A stretch of 64,000 bases of DNA from Octopus sinensis (GCF_006345805.1 NC_042997.1:25916001-25980000); one strand, 5' to 3'. Counted from the stretch's first letter, positions 1-13,689 are shown. Translations and numbers: made by a program. The notes: generated by a model from the sequence alone, not told the origin.

Positions 1-1925
1 TGAATCCAGTGTAGAACTTTTCCACGGATTCCAACTTTGCCAATTTTGAGAGTAGGATGTTATGGTCTACCCTGTCGAACGCTTTACTGAAGTCAAGGTA
101 TATGACGTCAGAGTTCGAACCTGTTCCCAAGGCTTTGAGTACATCTTCAATGTGGTGTAAGAGCTGTGTTAGACAGTCTCTGCCACAGCGAAAGCCATGT
201 TGATTTGAATTTAGGAGTTTGTGGGTCTCCAGGAAGTCAGCTATCCTTGATCTAACACTCTTTCAAACACTTTAATGATATGGGAGGTGAGTGAGATTGG
301 GCGATATAGTTGACTGCGAGGGATCTGTTTCCCTGTTTGAAAACCGGATGACCGACTGGGATAGAAATTTTTCGGTATATAACCTGCGTCTAACGAGTTT
401 CTCCAGAGGTTGGTCAGAGGGACTGCAAGTTGATATCTACATTCCTTCAGGAGACTGGCGGGAAATCTATCAGGGCCTACAGCGGAGTAATGTTTGACCT
501 CATTTATTGCTGCTACGATGTCGGTGGCAGTGAAGGTTATGTCTGCGATTTTGTGTTGGGAGTCAGCTTCGTTCGTTTCCCTCACATCAATATCAGTGGG
601 AACACTGAGACAGAGCAATATTGTTTCTGCAGTATTTCTGCCATTTCTTTAGCATCGTGTTGGGGAATGCCGTTTTCATCAATCAATGGCCCAATAGGTG
701 AGACAGTGGTTCTATGCTTATTTGCATAAGAATAGAACACTTTGGGTTCTGTTTGATGTTTTGATTACCCATTGTTCCTCCACAGCTCTTTGATTTTCAA
801 TGGAGGTTTTCATGTTAGTCTGCAGATGAAGTTTTTCCAGCTCTAGTCTTTTCATTGTTGTTGAATGTGGATGTTGCGTGTGGGAATATTTTAATTGGTT
901 GATTTATTTGTTGAGTCTTTTGATGCGCCTGATGAGTGTTTTTTTCTTTTTAGGGAGCCGGTTTCTGTTTGTGTTAGTAGATTTCTTGGGAGCGTGTTTA
1001 GAGCATGTGTCGGTGACAATGGTTTCAAAGTGCTGCCACGCGGTCTCAATATGAGGGGAATTGAGAGTAAAAGACCAGTCGATGGAAGACACATCCTTTC
1101 TGATTGTTCCCCAGTCCGCTTTGTGGAAATTTATGTTGTCAAATGGGTGCCATGGAGTGGGATTGGCTGGGTTGGTTTTATACGTCGGGAATTAAGATTA
1201 AGATGCAGAGTACCATGTCGTGGTCTGAGAGGAGAGTTTTTTCGACTGAAATGCTGTGAACGTAGCTAGAGTGATTGGTCAGTACCAGATCCAAGATCGT
1301 TTTATTCTGTCTCGTTGGTTCAAGCACTAGCTGAGTCAGGAAATACTCATCCTCAGATTAAAGAGCAGTTCTGCTGCTGCCCTATCTGATGTAGAGCACT
1401 TGCCTAACTTCGGAGTATTTGTGGGCCAGTTCCATGAGGGAGGTTTAAAATCACCCATCACTATTATGTTTCCGGAGTGGTACTTCCGAAGGAAGGACTT
1501 GACTTTGCTAAGGCACTCTTCAAAGTACTTTAGAGGTGCCTGGGGAGGCCTGTAAAGACCAACAATGGTTATGTCCTTGGCTTTGTTGTATACTGATACC
1601 GATTCACAGTAGCCATTGGAAAATGTGTCCTTGGCATCAAGTGAAAAGGAGTCATGGATAAAGATGGCTGTCCCTCCCTTATTTCGGTCTGTGCGATCCG
1701 CACGAACAATGGTGAAATCTTTTATTTCACCTCTGCGTCCATATGGGTGTTGTTCAGGTGAGTCTCGGTAAGGATAAAGAAAGGAAAGCAATGTGCCATT
1801 TCGGCAAGCCAACTCTCTATATATGGGATCTTCCATTTTTGGGCAATAATTGATGGGTTGATGCCACGTACATTTAACAGGAATGTCGAGGTAAGGGAAG
1901 TTGGTAATGGGTGAGTGGTCCTTGT
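1..1925 (-). mobile_element. Decayed CR1/L2-group LINE ORF2 (APE endonuclease + N-terminal RT), runs off window start
   Basis: Minus-strand frames give FLLNVRGINP..ILTETHL..RADR..KGGTAIF..GLYRPP..MGDF (APE), GPD..YRPISLTS..KVFE, and QHGFR..YLDFSKAFDRVDH (RT); frameshifts and stops present. Confidence 0.9.
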
Positions 1926-1927
1926 GA

Positions 1928-1965
<38 letters not shown>

Positions 1966-2270
1966 TATACACACCTATACCAGGTTCCCTTAATGATATT
2001 ATGAAATAATCAGTAAAAACGTTTCTGCCCCGTGTAAGGAATCTTTCTAAACATCCGATACACAGCTGTTAGATATTATTGGCAGGAAGTGTATTCTATG
2101 TTTCGCAATTTATACTGCTACTTCAGAAATTGACAGGTGATTTAATTTTTACCACGTAAATTGTTTCTCACTCTGACTGAGAATTTTTCCTAGAGTTTAT
2201 GTGACTCACTAAAAAAGAAGAAAGAAAAAATAAAGAAATGTGATCGTTGTTTTTTAGAAAAACATTATTT

Positions 2271-2275
2271 TATTA

Positions 2276-2341
<66 letters not shown>

Positions 2342-2408
2342 CATCATCATCATTATTATTATTAATATTATTATTATTATTACTATTATTATTATTATTA
2401 TCATTATA

Positions 2409-2452
<44 letters not shown>
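2271..2452. repeat. (TTA)n microsatellite
   Basis: Direct reading. Confidence 0.95.
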
Positions 2453-2454
<2 letters not shown>

Positions 2455-2464
2455 TAGTTTTATT

Positions 2465-2720
2465 TTTATAGCGTGCTTTCACTTCACTACCGAGCGCGCA
2501 GCTCTGTGTGCCTTAGGTATGTGCTGTGATTTGTTGTGATGCTCTGATGGTTATTGTATGGAAAGTTTCTGCGTAGGATGTGCGCAGTGCCTAGTAGTGC
2601 AATTTTCTGTATATTATATGTGTTTGTAAGTCCTGGTGTTTTTTTTATGTATTGTCTGAATAATTTTTTATCATACCTATGCACCTACTATGATAGTATT
2701 GTCTGTTTTTCGATTTGTTT
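2465..2720 (-). mobile_element. 3' terminal fragment of R4/Dong-like RLE LINE
   Basis: IQKIALLGTAHILRR C-terminus, the same motif as the 62172-63095 copy; (TTA)n on both sides. Confidence 0.8.
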
Positions 2721-2721
2721 T

Positions 2722-2781
2722 ATTTATTATTTATTATTATGATTATTATTATTATTATTATTATTGTTATTATTATTATTA

Positions 2782-2820
<39 letters not shown>
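2722..2820. repeat. (TTA)n microsatellite
   Basis: Direct reading. Confidence 0.95.
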
Positions 2821-3230
2821 CAAGACGTCGAGCTGACAGAAACATTAGCACGCCGGGCGAAATGCTTAGCGGCATTTCGTCTGCCGCTACGTTCTGAGTT
2901 CAAATTCCGCCGAGGTCGACTTTGCCTTTCATCTTTTCGGAGTCGATTAAATAAGTACCAGTTACGCACTGGGTCTATGTAATCGACTTAATCCGTTTGT
3001 CTGTCCTTGTTTGTCCTCTCTGTGTTTAGCCCCTTGTGGGTAGTAAAGAAATAGGTATTTTGTCTGCCGCTAAGTTCTGAGTTCACATTCCGCCGAGGTC
3101 GACTTTGCCTGTCATCCTTCCAGGATCGATAAATTAAGTACGAGTTGCCTACTGGCGTTGAACTAATCGACTGTCCCCCTTCCTCGCTCACCAAATTTCA
3201 GGCGTTGTCCCTATAGTAGAGAGTATTATT
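2821..3230 (+). mobile_element. tRNA-derived SINE family C, composite (full C1 copy followed by 5'-truncated C2-tailed copy)
   Basis: tRNA-like head with GAGTTCAAATTCC B-box; core GTCGACTTTGCCTTTCATC..AAGTACC repeated at 3054-3150; two different tails. Confidence 0.85.
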
Positions 3231-3267
3231 ATTAATATTTTATTGTTTTGCACAACTACTAACACTG

Positions 3268-3445
3268 GCTATAGTGTACATTGACTCGTAGTATACCATA
3301 CGGTTTCACCATTTTGTCCCCAAATTCTGCACATATCACTTCCTGATGTGTTGTCTATTCTGTATTTGATGTAATTGGTTCTAAATGCTCGCTGTTTGGC
3401 AGCGTAGATTAGAGACTCTGTTTCCGGGTTTAAATCACTATTGTA
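3268..3445 (-). mobile_element. Duplicated zinc-knuckle segment of the adjacent RLE LINE
   Basis: LNPETESLIYAAKQRAFRTNYIKYRIDNTSGSDMCRIW matches 3950-4135. Confidence 0.8.
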
Positions 3446-4938
3446 CCACCTGGTCACTACCAGTGAATAAAAGTAACACACCTTGTTTTTCGAGCACTAT
3501 CCGGAGTATTCGAGCGGCTCCAAGTAGTACTGTTTACAGCAAGTGCTCCATCATTATTGCAGCTCTTATTTGTTCCATATACTTCTCAAGATTTTTACTC
3601 AGTTTTCCCAGGGCTCCGACAATTATTGGTACCACAGCTGCTTCACATCCGAAGGTAACCTGTCATACCAATCGATATTTCTTTCTTCCTTATCGCATAC
3701 CTTCTTGTCAGCTGGGTATGCTATATATATATGATCCAGCAGCGTTTGCTTTCTTTCTCAATTAAGACTATGTCTGGCTTCCTATTCTCTATCTTATAGT
3801 CGCACTGAATCATAAAACCCCATAGGATCCTTGCATTACCATTTTCGATGATGCCTTCGGATTTATGTTCGTATAAATATTTTGCAACGTGTCCAATGGA
3901 CAAGCCTTGCTATATTGCCATAACATCTTATATTCTTTCTGGGCTAATGACGTACATTGACTGGTAATATGCCATAGGGTTTCACCATTTTGTCCACAAA
4001 TTCTGCACTTATCACTTTCTGATGTGTTGTCTATTCTGTATTTGATGTAATTGGTTCTAAATGCTTGCTCTTGGGCAGCACAGATTAGGGCCTCTGCTTC
4101 CGGTTTTAAATCAATTTTAGTCATCCGTAGCCATGCTTTACTCTATCTGTCTTACCTTCAACACCCCTATGCAGTTGTCTATGTATTGTTTTCTTTATCC
4201 ACCTATATTTAGTTTTATTCATTCTCAAGTGCTTGTACAGTGCTTTATCTTTGCAATCTTCCATCCTACACCAGCCAGACCTTCTTACTTCCAATAACAG
4301 CGGTTCTGTGGCATTTTTTACATAACATGTTATATTGTTTTCTACTGCTCTAATGCTGTGATCAGTCCTCTTCTAATCAGTCCTCTTCCTTCTCTTTTTC
4401 TTATTACATACTGTCTGCGTTTGTCGTGTTTGTGTAAGCTGTTTAGTTCCTCTATGGTCCATGCGATTATCCCTGCTCCATATCTAAGGAGTGAAAACAC
4501 CCAGATGGTGATAGCTTCAGTCTTATTCCGTCTGTTTAATTCCGTCTTAAGTGTCAGTCTCAGTTTGCGCAAGTATTCCACCTTAAATTTTCCTGTTATT
4601 TCTTTCTCCATCAATTTATCCATTCCCAATATCTCCAAGTACTTACAGCCTCAATCTTCTATTTGCTTCATAACCTCCCCCGACGGTATCGCTAGCGCGT
4701 ACATACATTCGATTTTGCCTCTCTTCAAGACTTTCAACACCTTCTCAGTCCGAACTCCATTCTGATATCAGCCCTGAAAGTATACAGCGCAACAACGAGG
4801 GAACTAACTTAAGATTCATCTTTAGCATAAAGTTTGAGGTCATCCATGAGTAACAAATGTCGGCTCTTTAATACATACCCAGATAAGTGGGAACAGGTAG
4901 TCCCCTTGCAAGACTATTATTCCAAGTCCCATTGGAAG
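3446..4938 (-). mobile_element. 5'-truncated R4/Dong-like RLE LINE (RT C-half, CCHC knuckle, RLE)
   Basis: QGDYLFPL and MDDLKLYAK RT motifs, LLRYGAGII, CRICGQNGETLWHITSQC, RKPDIVL; 5' end abuts (TAA)n. Confidence 0.9.
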
Positions 4939-4951
4939 ATTATTATTATTA

Positions 4952-5019
<68 letters not shown>

Positions 5020-5045
5020 TTTTTTATTTTATTATCATTATTATT
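4938..5045. repeat. (TTA)n microsatellite
   Basis: Direct reading. Confidence 0.95.
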
Positions 5046-5153
5046 AAGGCGGCGAGATGGCAGAATTGATAGTTGAAGGTTATGCCATCACCTTCCACAT
5101 CCTAGTCTAGTTATGCCCCTCTCTGTCTTTCTCTCTCTGTATATATATATATG

Positions 5154-5225
<72 letters not shown>

Positions 5226-5960
5226 CAGGGTGCGGTGAATGTATTGGTCTTTAGATTGCACAAAAATGCAAATAACACTGACATTACATTTTAACAGATA
5301 TATTTACCAAAATTATATAAAAATATTTTGAAATACTAAAGAGTAAATTTATTCAGTATAATCGTTATTGGCGCCACCTACAGCCTCCAGACGATTTCAG
5401 AATCTCCTGATTCTCTTCTGGACGGTCTCTTTGTTTAAATTGATGAATGCCACCGCAATCCTTGACTTCAGATCGTCTTTGTAATCATAAGAAGTTTTGT
5501 TAATCTCTAGTTGAATTGCGTCCCACATATAATCAATGCGGTTGCAGTCTGGGGAGATAAGTTGTCAGATTTTAGGGGTGATGTAATCACAGAAATTGAC
5601 TGACGGCCATGACTGGGTTCTCCTGCTTCTGTGACATGGTACAGTGTCCGGTTGCTAGTCACAGGGTCTTCCAGCAGTCACCCACTTGACCCAGAGCAGC
5701 ACTACCTTCTCCAGGCACGGGATGTAGGCCTCCGTGTTGGGTTGAGCCTTGTGGGAAGATGAATGGAGGCATAACTTTGCCATCACTAATGATCACTCCA
5801 AACACCATGATGTTGACTGGATGTTTGATTTTTATCACTCTTGGAACATCTGTTCGTATTGGAGCTTCCGGCGCGAATGCTAAACAGTACAGCTTGTCGT
5901 TTCCAAATATTAGGCAGAGTTGCGTCATAGTGCGTTTTTTCGCATACACGGTGCCCAACC
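5226..5960 (-). mobile_element. Tc1/mariner DD37D (maT-like) transposase relic with 3' TIR
   Basis: KHPVNIMVFGVIISDGKVMPPFIF..QPD-37aa-D (SPDCNRID)..RLEAV; terminus TA|CAGGGTG at 5224; stops and frameshifts. Confidence 0.85.
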
Positions 5961-6063
5961 GATTCTACTATAGTATTTAATCGACAGAATCAAAAGCAAA
6001 CACTTCGTATGCGTGAAATAAAAAATATACAATGGCGACAATTTATCCATCGCATTCTACATA

Positions 6064-6098
<35 letters not shown>

Positions 6099-6280
6099 TA
6101 TATAATATATATATATAATAATATATATATATGTGTGTGTGTGTATGTATATATATATACATATATATATATATATCATTATAAGATTGTAAATAAAACG
6201 TGAAAAGTCAGACAAGGTTGGAATTCTTTTTATTAATGTATTCTTCTATACACAATCACACACACCCATATATATATTAA

Positions 6281-6326
<46 letters not shown>

Positions 6327-6399
6327 GATAAAATGCAAACAGGTAGCTGGATGGATTCTCCGAATTTTCAGAACAAGAGAGAAGGAGACAATGATTGTC

Positions 6400-7009
6400 C
6401 TGGAAAAACTTTCGTCCTCAGCCGCTTGGACTACTGCTCCCAACTATGGTCACCACACAATATAAAACTAACAGCAGAACTCGAAGCAATTCAAAGAAGC
6501 TACACAAAGAAGATCGTCTCAATGCTATGGGAAAGATTGAAAGTATTAAAACTCTTCTCCCTAGAGCGAAGGCGGGAGAGATATGCGGTGATATACATCT
6601 GGAAAACCCTGGAGGATCTTGTCCCAAACTTTGGCATTCAAAGTCACCCCAACCGAGGAACGGGGTGCCACTGCATGGTGCCAAAGATTCCAACATCACC
6701 ATCAAAATACAGGACCAGATACTGCAACTGCTTGGGTTTCAGAGGACCACAGCTCTTTAACATCCTCCCTAAATGCCTGAGAGACTTGTATGGTGTGGAT
6801 GTGGGTTTCTTTAAAACTAAACTGGATCTCTTCTTGTCAGGGTCCCTGATGAACCTACCTCACGACAGGAGACTCAGATGCGGGCAGCGGCATCAAACTC
6901 CTTTGTTGACCAAGTGCCACGTATCAGAGGTGGATTCACATATTAGTGTAGCTCATTCAGCGGTGGTGCCCCAGCATGGCCGTAGCCTCCGGGCTGAAAC
7001 ATTTTAAGG

Positions 7010-7010
<1 letters not shown>
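6400..7010 (+). mobile_element. 3' end of a CR1/L2-group LINE (post-RT region and 3' tail)
   Basis: KTFVLSRLDYCSQLWSP..LEAIQRSYTK..LERRRER..FKTKLD; ends in a stem-loop tail followed by (TA)n. Confidence 0.85.
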
Positions 7011-7012
<2 letters not shown>

Positions 7013-7048
<36 letters not shown>

Positions 7049-7103
7049 TATGTGTGTGTATGTATGTATGTATTATATATATATATATATGTATGTATGT
7101 ATG

Positions 7104-7192
<89 letters not shown>

Positions 7193-7207
7193 ACTAAGAT
7201 ATATATA
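7013..7207. repeat. (TA)n/(TG)n compound microsatellite
   Basis: Direct reading. Confidence 0.95.
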
Positions 7208-9853
7208 TGAGAGGGATCCACTAAAAGTGAACTTCCTTACGCTAGCCACTAAAATCATTGGTGTTAAACTGATATTATTAAATTAATATACAATTTTTCA
7301 CCCTTATTTTGATATATTATATTATATATATATATACATATATATATGGAAACTTTTGACTGTATGTTGGCTCGAAAAATGATAGATCTTGTCACAAAGA
7401 ATACAATCGAGTACACATCATTGCAACACACTGACTTCATGTAGAGAGAGTTGAAAGTATCCTCCTATAGATGTATGACTAATCTCGTTCCTTTATCTGT
7501 AAGGATATGCAAACTCTTTTCTTTTAAGAAGCTTCATTCCATCACATTTATTCATGTGCAACAGCTACCTACAGCCTTCATAAGAAATTTAAAATTTGGG
7601 TATCAAAATATTAACGAAAGCACATCCTTAGCATAGCTACTATAGTATCCTTGTGGCTGACAGTACCCTTCAGAGCAAGAAGAGACGTCACTCAAAACAT
7701 TTATTTATTCTCTGCAAAGCTAAGGTGGGACTCACAGAGCTGCTCTGCTCTCACGTGTTGTTGCTGCTCTAACCAACATCTTAGACACGGTAGCGCGACT
7801 GATAACCACAAACTTAGTAACATGCTCACCTCTTCCTTTTCTTACCGCATCTGCAATGATAAATACGCCTTGGGGATACTTCTGACCATTCCACTTACAT
7901 GCTAGCATTTCCGCCTCATGAGTTCCTCTCTTCCTTCATCACTTTTATCATGCCCGAATATGTCTACTCTTTTCTTTCCAGAACATTAATAAAATGTTAA
8001 ATTGCGTACTGTTTAGTAATATCATTTCAAAATTTACTTAAACTAGTTGCAATGTATTTGGTTAGAAGAATCGTGCATTCTTTATATTTATTCCGAGATT
8101 TATAGCATTACATACTTATGCAAACACTTAGTGGAAAGAAAATTAGATATTTCATTTGTAAATTAGAATTAATTCTGTTGCAGACACATTATATATTAGT
8201 GTCACTCGACTCTACTATTTGAAAATATAATTTAGTACGAAAAATGTATTCAAATTATATAAGCTACCATGTCCCAAGAGGATATAAATTCTGATATTCC
8301 AAACAGAATTTCTTCGCAGTCGAATAGTGTAACAATAAAAATTATATAAGACGGAATTGATGTAACCATATGGTATTTAGAATACTGGGCAATGTCCTAA
8401 CCGACAAAGTCTGGAAACATTCTGAGGAAACTATTCCTGGTCTTTGTGGCAAAATATATTCGATGATATTCTTAAAGTAATGTAACTTCGAATGCCACAA
8501 AGAATGGAAGATTTTGATGTCGCTGATCTTTGTTGAAAAAAGGTTATGTTCGTAACGTTAGAAGAATCTGTCTACAAGCACATAAGTAGTATGTATGTAT
8601 GTATAAATAAACGTTCAAACAGCGGATGATACAAGGAATACTTACATTTTGCGCAAGGGAAAAACAAGTGTTGAATTTGTACGAGTATGCATTAATATTC
8701 GGATACATACATGAATGCGCAGACAGTGATTACAATAATGAGCAGACAATTCTAGAGAATATCATTGTAAAAAGTACAGGCGATGGGTACATACACAAAC
8801 ACCACTACAAGTATATCATTACTGAACAGTAGTGGTGTTTCGAAAAGGCGAAATGGATTGAGAGAGTGGTGTTGTAGTGAAGAGAAAGTAAAGTATTAAG
8901 AGAATGAATAGCATTCTTGTATTCCCCAAGGAAAGAATTAACTCAACATTTTAGGAGCTCAACTTCGACTTTAGGTTTACTGACAAAGGCAGAATAATCT
9001 TATACGTTAATCGCCTCTGTCAGTGATGTGATACGTTGATTTAATGAAAAATTCAAGAGCTAAGTCATGGAGTCTGGAGATACACTGGGCATTCCTTGAA
9101 ATAGTCACCCAATCGGCGTCGTATTTCGCATTTATATAGTGCATTGTAGAGTTTTCAATCTACATATACAATAGGGTCGATGAATCTAAAGGTGCTGTTA
9201 GTGAGGTGAAAATTGAATTTTGAGTGTGATAAATAAATTGGTTTAACAGAATTGCATAATATCACTTATACAAAATCTGCAAACAACCTCTAAGAGCAGA
9301 ACAGCGGAAGAAAGAAATTAATATATTTAATCTAAACTCGATAATATGTGTCAAATTATAGCGCCATTACACATTGGTAGATAAAAAGGAAAGCTGGATT
9401 GAACACTTACTGAAATGTTATAATGAATATTTTTATAGCTTTGTTTCAATGAAATATTTTCTGCTGAATGTTTACACTGTCGCGTTACTAAATGAATAAA
9501 AAAAGAAATGATTGCAATCAATTTATATCATACTATATAGACATCAAAAAGGTCTGTATTGTAATAGGAATTGTAAGTACATTTTTGGTACATCAAAGTC
9601 AATAAAGGCTATATTTTCAGACAATTATATTAGTAAATCTTACATCAGCAAAAATATAGTGACCCTGAACATTTTACATTTAATTCTTGTGCAGCTAATT
9701 CGACATATCAATTTTTTTTGCTCCTATGTGGTCAACAAATTCCTACTCACGCCTATGTGTGTGTGTGTATATATATATATATACATATGTGTGTGTGTGT
9801 GTGTTTATACACGTATAGGTGTATGTATGTATGAATATATGTTTGTATGTATG

Positions 9854-9898
<45 letters not shown>

Positions 9899-10229
9899 GG
9901 TGGGGTGCGTGTCTATGTATATGTATGCGCATGCATATATATAATGTATATACTCACGCACGCATACACACATTTGTTGATTCCTAATGAGCACTGTCAT
10001 CTGAATGTTGGTAAAATACTCCACGACAATTATTTCCCCCGAATAAAACCTGATTTCAATCTCCGTTGTTGTCAAGTTTGTCTGTCAACCTTTCGGAGTG
10101 GAAAAATAATGTACATGTCCAGAATTTAGCTAAGAAGAATCAGTTGATATGCATTGCCGTATCTGATCTGGGTTTTCATATTTACGCTGTACTTCAATAA
10201 AGGTGCTTCATGTACAGAAACTTAGCTCA

Positions 10230-11145
10230 GTACTCCAGGCAAATCAGTGTTTAGTTAAATATTAACTGAGTTCTTTGCAATCCTATCTAGACTGCAACAA
10301 GGATGCATCCTATCCCCATTCTTTTTCTTGATATTAGCCTACATTCTGAGATGAGTCTTGAATATAATATCGACGTTGCTTAAAATAAAGAAAAAATGAA
10401 ACTGGCAGATTAATAATTTGCTGATGTTTTAGCTAATAGCGTCAGTGTAAATATATCAAAATCAAAAAGTGAAAAAAGGTGCCAACAGTGAAGTAAATAA
10501 AGTCTCAAACATTGGGAAAAAGATAGAGATGGTTCAACGCTTCGATTAACTTGGTAGCGTTCAGACAGCAGAGGGCAATGGTGAAACTGATGTAAAACAA
10601 AGGATAGTCAACTGTGCTAGAATTTTCAAAAAATTTCAGTGTATATGGCAATCTAAGAGGTTCAAGTCCCGAACCAAATTCAGATTATTCTGGTCAATTG
10701 TTATCTCAATAACAACTTATGCCGCTCACACGCGGCAGAGTACGTCAAAAATTGAAAAACACGATAATTTCCAAGATGCCGCTAATAAATAATGGGCATT
10801 AGATGATAATACAAGTTAATAAACGAGGAAGTGCTTCGAGGAGTCCGTGCCTCACGTCTGAATCTTGTCAGCAAATACAGAAAAATGTGGCTGGCAGAAC
10901 ATGTCCTAAGAATGGAAGACAATATCCTAGTAAGAACGGTAATGATACGGTTACCAATTCGTGGGAACAGATCAAAAGGTAGGTCAAAGAAAACTTGTAG
11001 ATCCACCTTTGAAATATGACCTGCACATTTCTGACACAAACTGGTTTGAAACTGCATCGCTTGCTTAAGACAGAGCGAGCTGGAAGGAAACGTTGGCCTT
11101 GTACCTTGAGTCTTGAGGAACTAAATGATGATGACATTATTGCAA
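10230..11145 (+). mobile_element. Decayed RTE-clade LINE 3' fragment
   Basis: LQQGCILSPF and FAD RT motifs; WLAEHVLRM..GNRSKGRSKKT C-terminal RTE motif; (TGA)n-like tail. Confidence 0.75.
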
Positions 11146-12568
11146 ACTGTTAAAATCACGTTGCAACAATGAGAGCTGTGTATCTCTTACATCTTAATAT
11201 GCTTTGCAATATAAGTGTATGTGAGTGTGTGTGTACGTCTGCACGCCCGTGTGTATTTGTGTGTGTACATTTCTTTGTCTATATCGCTACATAAATTTGC
11301 TTCGCATATGTGACCACAAGGTTATGAAACACTACTGCGAAGCTGTCAGTTTTAACACATTTGTTGTTTATGTATTCCTAGCCTTTTTCTTTATTTCTAA
11401 TATAATTTCATTGTTAACCCGCCCTTAAAAACCATGTGGTCTTCTGACTTAAATACGAAATTTATCTATATTTCAATCTATCTTATTTCAATCTGTCTAT
11501 TATTCTATCATGCATGTATTCCATGTTACTCTTCAGATTTTCTCTCTTTTCGGTAATATGTTACATATTTCACTCTCACCATCATTCTCAACCATTCTTT
11601 CACTTTTCCTCTCTATTCTTATCATATTACATTTTCTTTATTTCTTTCTCTCTCATCCTCTGTTTTACTGGCTTTCCCTGTCTGTGTATATGTAACCCGA
11701 ACTCTTTTAGTTTCTACTTTCAGATAAAGTATGGTCAATGCTTTCTGTATTTAACTATATTTCCGCAGTAATGGAAATTATATCTGTCCATCTTTTCAAT
11801 TTATTTTACTCATCTTCACATTTTCCTTATTTACCACATTTGCGAATATCCATACCATTTTCAACCACCATTCCTAGAAACACTTATCACCTATTATGCT
11901 TTCATATCTGTGTTCTTCCTTTATATACGATATGCCTGTATACTTCAGATTTTTTTTTTCATCTTCTTATTCGGCCCTCTTTTAAATAACATTTCACAAG
12001 CATGACAACGATCGTAATCTCTCTGAAAAGCAGCCTATCATAATTATTCAGAATTATAATAAGCAACAATTTGAACCGAATGTCTTTACCAACAACAACC
12101 GCAGCAACACTTCAAACTAGATCTATTTAGGGAGCCCTTACTTGGTTGTTCAAATTGCTAGAAACAGTACCGAAAGCTCCTTCAGACACAATATTTTACT
12201 AAAAATGCAATATCACCCATATCCTTTGTAGGCCCACTTTAGAGTTGTGAAATCGGTAACGTTTATGTTGATCTTCTCATAAATAATATCAGTAGGATTA
12301 TGAATATAGTGGTGAGGATGTAGGATTCACTATGTTCAGACTTGCTGAACATTGGATAGCTCTGTATCTAGGATAATATTGGTTATTATTTTATATATCC
12401 ATGAATAAAGAAAACTAACATCTACTCTTACCGGATTTGAAGTAAGAATAAGGAATACTGAAATGGAATTGTGCCAGCATATTGTTTTCTATGATGATAT
12501 AATATTCATAATATTAAATATGAAAGAGCGGTGAATAGAGTCAGGGGTGCAGCAAAATAATTAATAAT

Positions 12569-12956
12569 AGGCGTAGGAGTGGCTGTGTGGTAAGTAGCTT
12601 GCTTACGAACCACATGGTTCAGGGTTCAGTCCCACTGCACGGCACCTTGCGCAAGTGTCTTCTACTATAGCCTCGGGCCGACGAAAGCCTTTTGAGTGAA
12701 TTTGGTAAACGGAAACTATAAAGAAGCCTGACGTATATATGTAGATATATATGTGTGTTTGCTTGTCCGTGCTTGTCTCCCCAACATCGCTGGTGTGTTT
12801 AAGTCCCCGTAACTTAGCGGTTCGGCAAAAAAGACCGATAGAATAAGTACTAGGCTTACAAAGAATAAGTCCCTGGCGTCGATTTGCCCGACTAAAGGTG
12901 GTGCTCCAGCATGGCCACAGTCACATGACTGAAACAAGTAAAAGAGTAAAAGAGTA
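12569..12956 (+). mobile_element. tRNA-derived SINE family B (CORE-like block, LINE-type tail)
   Basis: Head AGGCGTAGGAGTGGCTGTGTGG..GGTTCAGTCCC; ACCTTG(C)GCAAGTG CORE-like block; tail (GTAAAAGA)n; homologous copies at 24384 and 63903. Confidence 0.85.
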
Positions 12957-13689
12957 ATTGTATTTATAGCTTCGTTTATTAAATTTCGTGGGTATATTCC
13001 TACAGAGAACTGTGTATTTCATCTTAGTAATGTTAATAAAATAACTAATATTGAAATACTAAGATCGATTTACTTCAGTGTCTCCAACTCCAAAAGTGTG
13101 TGGCCATGTGCTAATGCTATGGAACAAAACTCAATAGCAATATCAAACGCTTTATCCTTCAATACCATTTGGGTGGTATATGATCACGGTGTTTAGAACC
13201 CGGTCGAAATTATAGTATTTAGTTACTTTTCTAAACCTTTAGTTTAAAATGTAATGACGTTGTCCCCGCAGTCTTTTTATGATATAATAACTAGCTCTCA
13301 TATGGCTGACGCATCTAAAATAATTAACCAACTGCGCTAAAAAAAAACAAGAAAAATTACTTCAAATAGGAATAGCAAAACTTCAAGAATACTGATTTCA
13401 TTTTAATTAGTAAAAAGAATTGCTATATTAATAAGAGAATAAGTGCGAAGTATATTATTTTCAGAGTGGTAATTAATGGTAGTGCAATAGGATTGAAATT
13501 AGTTTACGTTTGGGAAATGTATGTCTACACAGATTTCTTTCTATCTTCCACTTTTGTTTTCATTACGATATAATATGTAATTAAGTTGAAGTGCAATATA
13601 ATGGCAGAAACAGAGTAAAATCTTGTGTTGTGCATTTACCCTTCTTTACATCTTGGTTTCAAATTCTATTGGAATTGTTTTGCTTATAA

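Noticed and set aside
7650-7990. Possible solo LTR on the minus strand (TG...AATAAA...CCACA)
   Set aside because: No matching TSD for any TG start tried and no second copy
8440-8515. CTTTGTGGCA/TGCCACAAAG inverted repeat
   Set aside because: Only 10 bp with a poorly paired interior
8626-8832. 68-aa ORF
   Set aside because: No recognisable motif or splice support; expected by chance
9090-9140. TTCCTTGAA, CCAAT and TATA-like cluster
   Set aside because: Short motifs with no associated gene or TSS evidence
11090-11140. Similarity of the RTE tail to the SINE C2 tail (GGCCTTGTRCCT)
   Set aside because: About 12 nt only and not conserved across the C2 copies here
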